A stretch of 64,000 nucleotides of DNA from an uncultured Gammaproteobacteria bacterium (GTDB taxonomy: Bacteria; Patescibacteriota; Patescibacteriia; UBA9934; CAZDDW01): positions 921,908-985,907 of the forward strand of contig OZ246408.1 in the NCBI GenBank assembly GCA_965231015.1, written 5' to 3'. Below the pieces are notes generated by a model, which saw only the letters and a list, made by a program, of their open reading frames with translations, made no database searches and was not told the DNA's origin. Position 1 is the stretch's first letter. Each line of letters starts with the position of its first letter. The translations under genes were made by a program, and so were the position numbers. Shown here in pieces: positions 11,888 through 20,104 of this stretch.

Positions 11888-12397
11888 TTATTCCCCGGTT
11901 TTTTTGTACCTGTATGAGTGTTCACCCGGTGGACCGAACGGATGATCAATTATGTAATCCTGGTCTGTTTTAATAGTGATTTTTCTTCTGTCTCCATCTA
12001 CGTGGTCAATCCGAATCCGATGCGTCACCTTACAACCCGGCAGATCAAACTTAAGATTTTGCGGCCACTCAATCGCAAACACTGTTTCTTTATCACAAGA
12101 AACATCAAGTCCAAGCTCGCTCGTTGTTTCATCTTCGAGTCGATAAGCATCAACGTGGATCAATTTTTTAACTTCTTTTGTGTTGGCCTGATGTTCGTTA
12201 ACAAGCGTATAACTCGGGCTCTTGATTGATCCGCGAACCCCAAGGGTAATTCCCAACCCCTGGACAAAAGACGTTTTACCCGCACCAAGTTCTCCCACCA
12301 GCAATAAAGCTTCTCCACCATGAAAGCTTTTTGCGAGTTGTTCAGCTAATAATTTTGTCTCTTCAACGTTTTCGGTTTGGTACTGTTTTTGTTTCAT
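11888..12397 (-). CDS. tsaE: tRNA threonylcarbamoyladenosine biosynthesis protein TsaE
   Basis: GELGAGKTSFVQG P-loop; about 160 aa; directly downstream of tsaD. Confidence 0.85.
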   Translation of the reverse strand: MKQKQYQTENVEETKLLAEQLAKSFHGGEALLLVGELGAGKTSFVQGLGITLGVRGSIKSPSYTLVNEHQANTKEVKKLIHVDAYRLEDETTSELGLDVSCDKETVFAIEWPQNLKFDLPGCKVTHRIRIDHVDGDRRKITIKTDQDYIIDHPFGPPGEHSYRYKKTGE

Positions 12398-13395
12398 AAA
12401 TTCAGATTAGCATTAATTGTTAGGATCAGGGGGTCAGAATAATCTTGACGTGAAGCTTGCCAATATCCGGCCACGGCTATCATGGCCGCATTGTCTCCTG
12501 TGTATTGTAATGGAGCTAAGAGTAGTGAAAGACCAAACTCTTCCGCAGTCATTTGTTGCATTCGTTCGCGCAGATATTTGTTGGCCGAGACACCACCCAC
12601 AAGCAGAACTAACTTTGGATTATACTTATCAATAGCTTTTTTCGTTTTGGTTACGAGTACCTCAACTACCGCCTCTTCAAATGATGCGCAAAGATCTATT
12701 TTGTCAGTTTCAGGATTATCTTTCAGGTGATACAACACTGCGGTTTTCAGTCCAGAAAAACTAAAATCAAAGCCAGGACTGTCGAGCATGGGTCGAGGCA
12801 ATGAAATAGCGGACCGATCGCCCTGAGTGGCGAGACGACTCACTTCTGGCCCGCCCGGGTATGGCAACCCAATAAGTTTTGCCACCTTATCAAAAGCCTC
12901 CCCAGCCGCATCGTCCCGGGTTTCACCAATGAGCTCATACTCCCCCTGACCTTTAACAATAACCAACTCGGTGTGTCCCCCTGAGACAACAAGAACAAGA
13001 GCGGGAAACTGCAGACGAGCTCGATTGTCGAGCAGCACCGAGCAAATATGTCCTTCCAAATGGTTTACACCCACTAACGGCTTATTCCAAAACGTAGACA
13101 ATGTTTTAGCCGCTTCCACACCCACTCGAAGAGCAGGAGCGAGCCCTGGGCCACGAGTCACCGCAATTAAATCTATTTCCTTACCCGTTCGATCAACTCC
13201 CGTAGCATCAAACAAACCAAATAGCACGTCAACATGCTTACGAGCAGCAACTTCCGGTACTACCCCACCATACTTGGCATGATCTTTGATTTGTGAAGCT
13301 ACAAGTTCTGATTCAATAACAAAATTTTCTCCGTTGGCTTCTAACAACGCCACCGCAGTTTCATCACAACTAGTTTCAATTCCCAGAATTTTCAT
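12394..13395 (-). CDS. tsaD: tRNA N6-adenosine threonylcarbamoyltransferase TsaD (ORF opens at 13554 but conserved start is MKILGIETSCD at 13395)
   Basis: MKILGIETSCDETAVALL start, HxEGH motif (VNHLEGH), Kae1/Gcp fold. Confidence 0.9.
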   Translation of the reverse strand: MKILGIETSCDETAVALLEANGENFVIESELVASQIKDHAKYGGVVPEVAARKHVDVLFGLFDATGVDRTGKEIDLIAVTRGPGLAPALRVGVEAAKTLSTFWNKPLVGVNHLEGHICSVLLDNRARLQFPALVLVVSGGHTELVIVKGQGEYELIGETRDDAAGEAFDKVAKLIGLPYPGGPEVSRLATQGDRSAISLPRPMLDSPGFDFSFSGLKTAVLYHLKDNPETDKIDLCASFEEAVVEVLVTKTKKAIDKYNPKLVLLVGGVSANKYLRERMQQMTAEEFGLSLLLAPLQYTGDNAAMIAVAGYWQASRQDYSDPLILTINANLNL

Positions 13396-13550
13396 AATGA
13401 CATCATGGTACCCAATATATATGTTTTTGAATAGGTTCTGCCACTTCGAACACGATGGAGGTCCAAAGAAAACCGAGTGAATACTAAAAACAACAGGCGA
13501 CCCCGAGTAGGAATCGCCTGCGTGAAGAAAAAGAGAAAGGACACACCTGT

Positions 13551-14059
13551 TCACCGAACGTAACGACGGCGACGGGCATCCTTGAAGAAATCTGCCGACC
13601 GCAATCGCTCGCGGTGCAAGGGCAAGTCAAACGACTGCAGCAGCTCCCGAATGTCCGGGAATTCGTCACAGCCGCCGTGGCGCCACATGCACACGATCTT
13701 ACGGACATCCGGATGGACAGCTGAAAGCTTGTTGCCAAGCGAACGCAAGAACAGATTTCGCTCCGTGTCCTCGAACTCGAGCAATAGCTGAAGACCGACA
13801 CGCATCGCTTCCAGGATCTCGGTGTCGCTCATGGCGGAAAGCTCGGCCACGCGCCTGCGCAACGCGGCACGGTCTTCGTTGCTTACCCGGATCGGGCTGA
13901 AGTCCTCGATCCAAGAACGGTCTCCGAAGACACCCTTCTTGGAAAAATCGATTTCCGAGGCCTCTGTCACAGCCCCGTCTTCGGTGGCCACCATCTCGGG
14001 CAGCTCATCACCACGGGAAGTATCGACCCCCGTGCTATCCGTCTTCATGTGCCGCATGA
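13551..14059 (-). CDS. hypothetical protein in about 62% GC islet (start taken at MRHMK with AAAGGAA RBS)
   Basis: ORF 13551..14123 minus strand; sharp GC rise from about 40% to above 60% between 13490 and 14130. Confidence 0.5.
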
Positions 14060-14232
14060 TCGGGTTCCTTTCTATCCTCCCGACCCCCTCTCGGGGGCCA
14101 GGTATGACAATGTATATAACCATAGATAAGCTTAGCTGTCAAGTCTATGGCTTATCAAACAAAAGGATGCTAATCACACTTGACGAAAGATAAAATAATT
14201 GCTAATATTGGCCGCACAAACATAAATCCCTG

Positions 14233-14307
14233 GGCCCCATCGTCTAGTGGTTAGGACGCCAGGTTTTCATCCTGGTAACGGGGGTTCGATTCCCCCTGGG
14301 GTCACCA
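14233..14307 (+). tRNA. tRNA-Glu (anticodon TTC)
   Basis: cloverleaf: acceptor GGCCCCA/TGGGGTC, anticodon stem CCAGG-TTTTCAT-CCTGG, T-arm GGGGG TTCGATT CCCCC, CCA encoded. Confidence 0.85.
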
Positions 14308-14365
14308 TAAAACCGGCAGGACTTGATCCTGACGGTTTTATGATTCTCAGGGCGGATGAGAACGT

Positions 14366-14620
14366 TTATCGTTTCTTTATATGCCTTTTACTTTCCTTAA
14401 AACACGAGTTAAAAATTTCTCGCAGATGCCCCTCTGATAAAAGGCTTGTTTGTTTTATTGCTCGACTAATTATTTCACTCTCTCTTTGACCATCTACAAC
14501 TGATTGTTTATGTGGCAAAGCCTTAAGAACAAGTTTGATTCTCGTCTCAAGCAGTTCGACTAATTGATCGTCGACTTTGTCGATTTGTTTTCTGATCGTT
14601 TTTAAATCCATAGATATCAC
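14366..14620 (-). CDS. chorismate mutase (AroQ class, monofunctional)
   Basis: MDLKTIRKQIDKVDDQLVELLETR matches AroQ N-terminal helix signature; 84 aa. Confidence 0.8.
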   Translation of the reverse strand: MISMDLKTIRKQIDKVDDQLVELLETRIKLVLKALPHKQSVVDGQRESEIISRAIKQTSLLSEGHLREIFNSCFKESKRHIKKR

Positions 14621-14654
14621 AACCTAACATATTCAATTATTTTTTTAAAGACAC

Positions 14655-14683
14655 GCGGTCCGTTCGGAGATTGAACGGACCGC
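14655..14683. other. perfect hairpin gcggtccgttcggagattgaacggaccgc between convergent-like genes
   Basis: 11-bp stem; no U-tract on either side so terminator role uncertain. Confidence 0.3.
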
Positions 14684-14807
14684 TCAGGTAAAGATTCTCA
14701 TAGCTGGCCTCTCCTTTCCAAGAAAAGTTCAACCTAATACAATCGACCAGCCTTGTCAATCCGAAACAAAAAGATAGGACCTCAACCCTATCTTATTCCG
14801 ATTCGTA

Positions 14808-15347
14808 TCAACAAGCATCTTGCTCCGGATTATACACGTTCGGACAATTATCGCTTTCGTCCGTCACTCCATCAGCATCGGTATCCAAATTTCCCTCTCC
14901 GTATGGAGTCGTATCACACTCGTTTCCAAACCCATCACCGTCGGAATCAACCTGGGTCGGGTTATGACGACCCATACAATTATCAAGGCCATCGGCTATT
15001 CCATCTTTGTCTTGATCGACTATTTGAGGTTCATCAAATCCCCCTCCGTCTCCCCCTTGGGAAGGTGGAGGGTTCACTGGCTTAGTGTAACTTACAGGCA
15101 CGACATAGCTTGAGGTTGACTCTGACTCTTCGACGGGCTCTTCCGACGGCTCTTCAGAATACGTTATGAGTTCAGCCTCAGCCAAGGAATCTAAATCCAT
15201 CTCAATCGGTTCGTCTGACACAGCATAAAAACCACCTGACTCAGCCTCGGTTTCCAGTTGCCGTATCTCCTGCAAATTGTAACCAATGATTCCTCCGGCT
15301 ACAAGCAATAGTATTCCCCCTAAAGCAATAAAATAGCGATCATGCAT
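14808..15347 (-). CDS. membrane-anchored protein with thrombospondin type-3 (calcium-binding DxDxDG) repeats
   Basis: N-terminal TM helix; C-terminal DQDKDGIADGLDNC, DSDGDGFGNECD, DTDADGVTDESDNC repeats. Confidence 0.7.
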   Translation of the reverse strand: MHDRYFIALGGILLLVAGGIIGYNLQEIRQLETEAESGGFYAVSDEPIEMDLDSLAEAELITYSEEPSEEPVEESESTSSYVVPVSYTKPVNPPPSQGGDGGGFDEPQIVDQDKDGIADGLDNCMGRHNPTQVDSDGDGFGNECDTTPYGEGNLDTDADGVTDESDNCPNVYNPEQDAC

Positions 15348-15436
15348 AAATTTGTTTTATTATCCCTTCTTTGTCTTACCAGATATTGTGCTATAATTCA
15401 AACATACTTCATCCACAAGTATTTAAATGGCTCAAC

Positions 15437-15826
15437 ATGGAAGAAAAAGCAACCCAAGAGGAATCCTGGTTCACAGATGAGTGGACCGATACCAACGAGG
15501 GCCAGCTGGCGGTTGATGTTTTAGAAACGAACGACAAAATAATTATTCGTTCCGCTATTGCCGGGGTTAAACAAGAGGACTTAGACATTTTTGTGACCAC
15601 TGACACAGTCACAATTCGTGGTAAACGCGAAGAATGTAATGAAACCAAGCAGGCCACTGTGCATATTGAGGAGTGCCACTTTGGTAGTTTTTCTCGTTCA
15701 GTGGTTTTACCGGCACATGTCAGAGCTGATGCGGCCGAGGCGGTTCTAAAAAATGGGATCCTGACTTTAACCTTGCCAAAAACTGAACTCTCGTCTAATG
15801 TACCCGTGATTAAAATTGATGATTGA
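15437..15826 (+). CDS. Hsp20/alpha-crystallin family small heat-shock protein (ORF opens 15371)
   Basis: alpha-crystallin domain pattern LAVDVLETNDKIIIRSAIAGV...LKNGILTLTLPK. Confidence 0.85.
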   Translation: MEEKATQEESWFTDEWTDTNEGQLAVDVLETNDKIIIRSAIAGVKQEDLDIFVTTDTVTIRGKREECNETKQATVHIEECHFGSFSRSVVLPAHVRADAAEAVLKNGILTLTLPKTELSSNVPVIKIDD

Positions 15827-16052
15827 TATGACCCTTCCCTATACTATTCCCGCCACGATAAAAGATTTTACCAATGGTAGTGTTATTGTAGTCACTGATG
15901 ACGGACAGCAACTAACTGTGCCAAAAAATATGATCAGCCAAAACGCCACCGTGGGTGGAACCGTTCATGTGGCTGTTTTTTCCGAACAAGACGTAGCCGC
16001 GGAACGGGAACGCTTTGCTGAAAACATATTGAGCGAACTGCTTGGAGAATAA
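15816..16052 (+). CDS. small hypothetical protein overlapping Hsp20 stop (likely co-transcribed)
   Basis: 78-aa ORF; 11-nt overlap with Hsp20. Confidence 0.45.
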   Translation: MMIDMTLPYTIPATIKDFTNGSVIVVTDDGQQLTVPKNMISQNATVGGTVHVAVFSEQDVAAERERFAENILSELLGE

Positions 16053-16054
16053 TT

Positions 16055-17959
16055 ATGGACTTAACAAAAATCACTCTTCCTCCAATTGTTAAGATAGTCA
16101 TCCTTGCCGGACTGGCTATTCTTTTAATTGGTTTTGGCACACTTTATGTCCTGACCGGAACATATACTGGGAAAATCGGGCCAGGAGTTAAAATTGGTCC
16201 GTTTGTCGTTGGTGGTATGGATGAAGAACAGGCTCGAACCTCACTCTACAAAGAAGTCGACCTTATTTTAAGTCAGGGTTTAAGTGTTAATCATGAAGGA
16301 AAAACAGCTAACATTTCTTTGGAGCCATTCGCAGTCAGTGCAGATGTTTACCAAGAGTACGTTGATTTTTATATCGAAACCGCTGTTCAATCAGCCTATG
16401 AGCGCTCGCATCATGAAAACGCTTTCTTAGACATGATTCGCCTGGCAGGAACAGCCATTACCCGACCGACCATAAATATCCCGCTTGAACTACAAACAGA
16501 TGAATTGCTCTTGGCTATTGAAAACGAATTTCCTAGTCTAGCTGAATCACCAATCAATGCCGGATTTGATATCACTCCTTCCGGAAATGATTGGACAATA
16601 AAAATTACAGGATCAAAACCCGGCACTATTTTAGAACAAAACAATTTATTCGCCTCTGTGCGCAGCCAATTATCAAATTTTGTAATCTCAACCATTCAAC
16701 TTAACGCTATTTACACTGACCCGGCTATTAGCGAAGAAATAGCAGTCAAGTACACTGACCCAGCATATGACATCTTAATAAACGCACCGTATACACTTAC
16801 TTATGAAGAAGATGAATTTGAACTCCCAGCCGAAACTATTGCCAACGCCCTGACTCTCACAATAAATGACGGTGAAATAGAGATAGTTTTAGACGAACCA
16901 GAAACACAAATCTTTTTCGATGCTATAGCTCAGGAAATCGAGGTTGAAGCTGAAGACGCTCGCTTTAATATGGAGGACGGTAAGGTGACTGAGTTTGTGG
17001 GCAGCCAACAGGGAATCGCTATTGACCGAACGGCTACCATTGAAGCTGTGGCGGAAATGTGGGAGGAAGAAGAGACTAAAGCTGAAATCGTTGTTGAAAT
17101 TACCGAGCCACGAGTGACTACTGAGGAAGTCAATAATCTTGGTATCAATGAAATACTGGGTGTGGGAACCAGTGATTTCTCCGGCAGTCCCTGGAACCGA
17201 ATTCAAAACATTAAACATGGGGCCTCCAAATTAAACGGCGTTCTGATTGCTCCGGATGAAGAAGTTTCCTTGCTTGAGCTTCTCCGTCCGTTCACAATCG
17301 CCGATGGATACAAATCAGAACTCGTGATCGTGGGTGATGAAATCAAACCAGAAGTTGGCGGAGGTCTTTGCCAAATCGGTACCACCACCTTCCGAGCTGT
17401 TTTAAACGCTGGACTTGAAGTCTTGGAACGCCGCAACCACTCGCTCGTGGTTAGTTATTATGACGATGCCACCAATGGAAACCCTGGAACAGACGCTACA
17501 ATCTATGACCCTTCCCCGGATTTCCGCTTTAAAAATGATACCGACAACTATATTTTACTAACTACCGAGGTCAACGAAGATAATTACGAGCTTGAGTTTA
17601 CTTTTTGGGGCACAAGTGATGGACGAAGCGGCTGGTATGACCCACCAATTGTGACGAGTTGGTCTAATCCGGGTGAAACCAAGTATGTTGAGACAACGGA
17701 TTTGGCTCCAGGGGAAGAAAGTTGTCAAGGAGCTCACTGGGGAGCTAATGCCGGATTCACATCTTATATTGAATGGTCGGACGGAACAATTGATGAAACC
17801 GTTTACAGTTCACACTATCGAGCCCTACCACGGACCTGTTTGGTCGGGGTTGATCCAGACGCGATTGAAGAAACTTGTGAGGACGAAGAAGAGTGTGAAG
17901 AAGTTGAAGAGGTTGAAACCGAAACCGACCCTGAGTTATCCACTGGCATAGAAGAATAA
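16055..17959 (+). CDS. VanW-domain protein with N-terminal TM helix and acidic C-terminus
   Basis: VanW core GGGLCQIGTTTFRAVLNAGLEVLERRNHS; 634 aa. Confidence 0.8.
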   Translation: MDLTKITLPPIVKIVILAGLAILLIGFGTLYVLTGTYTGKIGPGVKIGPFVVGGMDEEQARTSLYKEVDLILSQGLSVNHEGKTANISLEPFAVSADVYQEYVDFYIETAVQSAYERSHHENAFLDMIRLAGTAITRPTINIPLELQTDELLLAIENEFPSLAESPINAGFDITPSGNDWTIKITGSKPGTILEQNNLFASVRSQLSNFVISTIQLNAIYTDPAISEEIAVKYTDPAYDILINAPYTLTYEEDEFELPAETIANALTLTINDGEIEIVLDEPETQIFFDAIAQEIEVEAEDARFNMEDGKVTEFVGSQQGIAIDRTATIEAVAEMWEEEETKAEIVVEITEPRVTTEEVNNLGINEILGVGTSDFSGSPWNRIQNIKHGASKLNGVLIAPDEEVSLLELLRPFTIADGYKSELVIVGDEIKPEVGGGLCQIGTTTFRAVLNAGLEVLERRNHSLVVSYYDDATNGNPGTDATIYDPSPDFRFKNDTDNYILLTTEVNEDNYELEFTFWGTSDGRSGWYDPPIVTSWSNPGETKYVETTDLAPGEESCQGAHWGANAGFTSYIEWSDGTIDETVYSSHYRALPRTCLVGVDPDAIEETCEDEEECEEVEEVETETDPELSTGIEE

Positions 17960-17997
17960 GTTCAAGTAAGATCAAGTCAGACAAAAATAAAATAAAA

Positions 17998-18140
17998 ACA
18001 GCCCGTCATAGACGGTAAGCTGCAGGCAAGAAGTTTCAACAATGGAGAGATCGAGTCCGAAGACCTGATACTTCCACTTATGAAACCCCATGCTTGTCGT
18101 GCCTGCAGGTTACTATCTACGATTGGGCTTTTTATTTTCT
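17998..18140 (+). ncRNA. candidate structured RNA / elaborate terminator downstream of VanW gene
   Basis: nested helices agccc...gggct and ctgcaggca...tgcctgcag followed by ttttt. Confidence 0.25.
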
Positions 18141-18223
18141 CTTGCGCGAGAAATTTAGTCAACCCTTTTTAATGATTGACAAGTCAGTTTAACACTAAGC
18201 TTGATTCTTGTCAAGGCTTAGCC

Positions 18224-18277
18224 TAAAAATCGTGCCGATCCCAGTTAACAAAAACGGTCGCGAGCACGATTTTTGTC
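18224..18277. terminator. bidirectional terminator downstream of clpP
   Basis: aaaaatcgtgc...gcacgatttttg hairpin with A-run before and T-run after. Confidence 0.5.
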
Positions 18278-18328
18278 TTATTTTAGCTGACTTGTTTGTT
18301 AAAAATCTATAACAAACCCGATTTAGCC

Positions 18329-18943
18329 TTATTTTGACTCGATTACCTTATCAATTAGACCATATTTCAGGGCATCTTCAGGGTCCATGAAATTATCTCG
18401 ATCAGCATCCTTTTCCACCTTCTTTTTATCCTGTCCGGTATGCTTGGCCAGAATCTCATTCAAGCGATCCTTAATCTTAAGAATACGTTCAGCATGAATC
18501 TTAATGTCCGTGGCCTGACCCTCTACCCCACCAAGCACCTGGTGAATCATGATTTCCGAGTTAGGCAAAGCAAGCCTTTTTTTATCCGCCCCACCAGCGA
18601 GCAAGACTGCTCCCATAGAAGCTGCAAGTCCAACACAAATTGTAGAAACGTGCGGTTTTACGTACTGCATGGCGTCGTAAATGGCAAGTCCTGCTGAAAC
18701 CGATCCGCCCGGCGAATTAATATAGAGCTTAATATCCTTGGTTTTGTCCTGGCTTTCCAAAAAAAGCAGCTGAGCAATCACGGTGTTGGCCACCATGTCA
18801 TCAATCGCTGTACCAAGAAAAATAATACGGTCCTTTAAAAGTCGAGAGTAAATATCATACGCTCGTTCACCCATGTGGGTTTTTTCAATCACAGTTGGAA
18901 CCAAAACCTGTGATCGAATTTCGTAGTCATTTTTATTGTTCAT
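18329..18943 (-). CDS. clpP: ATP-dependent Clp protease proteolytic subunit
   Basis: [11 protein letters not shown] active-site Ser region and IHQVLGG His region; 204 aa. Confidence 0.95.
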   Translation of the reverse strand: MNNKNDYEIRSQVLVPTVIEKTHMGERAYDIYSRLLKDRIIFLGTAIDDMVANTVIAQLLFLESQDKTKDIKLYINSPGGSVSAGLAIYDAMQYVKPHVSTICVGLAASMGAVLLAGGADKKRLALPNSEIMIHQVLGGVEGQATDIKIHAERILKIKDRLNEILAKHTGQDKKKVEKDADRDNFMDPEDALKYGLIDKVIESK

Positions 18944-18958
18944 AGTAAAGTTAGGTTA

Positions 18959-19918
18959 TCACATTTTAGCTAACGTAGCCAAGCCATTCTTCTCTTCAAT
19001 CTTAAAGCCTGGAAGTGAGAATCCGGCCGCCTTGTCATGCCCACCGCCACCCAACATCTTGGCAATCTCCCCAACGTTTCCTTTTAAAGTACGCATACTG
19101 GCTTTAACTCCACCTTTTTCTTCCCTTAAAAAGATAATCGTATCGGCTTCAATCACTCCGTGCAAAAAGTTGGCAAAACCATCCATACTTTTGACGTCAA
19201 TTCCATACTCAATCATATCCTGTTCACGAATCCATGTTACAACAACGTCAAGCTTAGGGTGTTTATGCAGCCGCTCAAGGGCCAGACCCCAAACACGCAG
19301 AATGGCAAGTGTCCGATTAAACTGAAGCTTCTGCACCACAGTTTTAATATCCGCACCAAGTAAATAAAGTTCTGCTGCTAAATACATTGAGTGATCTCGA
19401 GTTGCTTTGTTTGAAAGAACCGTAGTGTCAAAATACAGCCCGGCCAGCAGTGCCGTAGCCATGGCGTGGTCAATAAAAATTTTGTTCTCAATAAAAAATC
19501 GATACATAATCTCGGTCGTTGAGGTGGCATGTGTGACTACTTGATCAATGTCCCCAAAGTTTGAGTTCGTATCATGGTGGTCAATATTAATTAGTTTGGT
19601 GGGCTTGGAAAGAGCTCGAACCAAAGATCCAACATATTGCTCATCCGAACAATCAAGCGAGATTACAAGATCAATTGATCGGTCCTGGGCCCAATTATGG
19701 TCTTCTCGACAAACTTCCACGTGCTCTAAAAATTGATATTTTTCCGGAACCGGTTCACCAACATAAATCGTGACCTGTTTTCCAAGAGTCAAGAAATAGC
19801 GGTATAGAGCCAAGGCTGAACCTAAACTATCGCCATCGATCCGCTCATCCGGAAGCAACAACACGTGATGTGCCGATTGAATCTCTTGATTGATTTGTTT
19901 ATGCTTTAATGTTTCCAT
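18959..19918 (-). CDS. nrnA: DHH/DHHA1 phosphoesterase (NrnA-like oligoribonuclease/pAp phosphatase)
   Basis: DHH motif (NIDHHDTN), C-terminal GGGGH DHHA1 motif. Confidence 0.8.
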   Translation of the reverse strand: METLKHKQINQEIQSAHHVLLLPDERIDGDSLGSALALYRYFLTLGKQVTIYVGEPVPEKYQFLEHVEVCREDHNWAQDRSIDLVISLDCSDEQYVGSLVRALSKPTKLINIDHHDTNSNFGDIDQVVTHATSTTEIMYRFFIENKIFIDHAMATALLAGLYFDTTVLSNKATRDHSMYLAAELYLLGADIKTVVQKLQFNRTLAILRVWGLALERLHKHPKLDVVVTWIREQDMIEYGIDVKSMDGFANFLHGVIEADTIIFLREEKGGVKASMRTLKGNVGEIAKMLGGGGHDKAAGFSLPGFKIEEKNGLATLAKM

Positions 19919-20104
19919 AGGAAGAAACGATCTTACCGCAGAGTCGAACCCGGGTCAAGAGTTTAGTGGCCAAATCCTTCCGATCGGACCTCTTTGTTTA
20001 CAAATGCAAACTTAAACCGGTTTTAAAAATGGTGCGATCGCCCACTTTTTGAAACTGTTTATTCCTTTTTTTCTTTCTCTTTTTCCTGTATAATTAAGCC
20101 TGTT

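Noticed and set aside
13484-14193. Overlapping ORFs 13484..13801(-), 13582..13791(+), 13699..13914(-), 13822..14193(+)
   Set aside because: High-GC region yields open frames on all strands; only the 13551..14059 minus-strand ORF has an RBS-like element and sensible composition.
19925-20010. tRNA-like segment containing GGTTCGACTC T-loop-like motif (minus strand)
   Set aside because: Could not be folded into a cloverleaf (no complementary T-stem or acceptor stem); probably promoter/leader sequence between divergent nrnA and smc.
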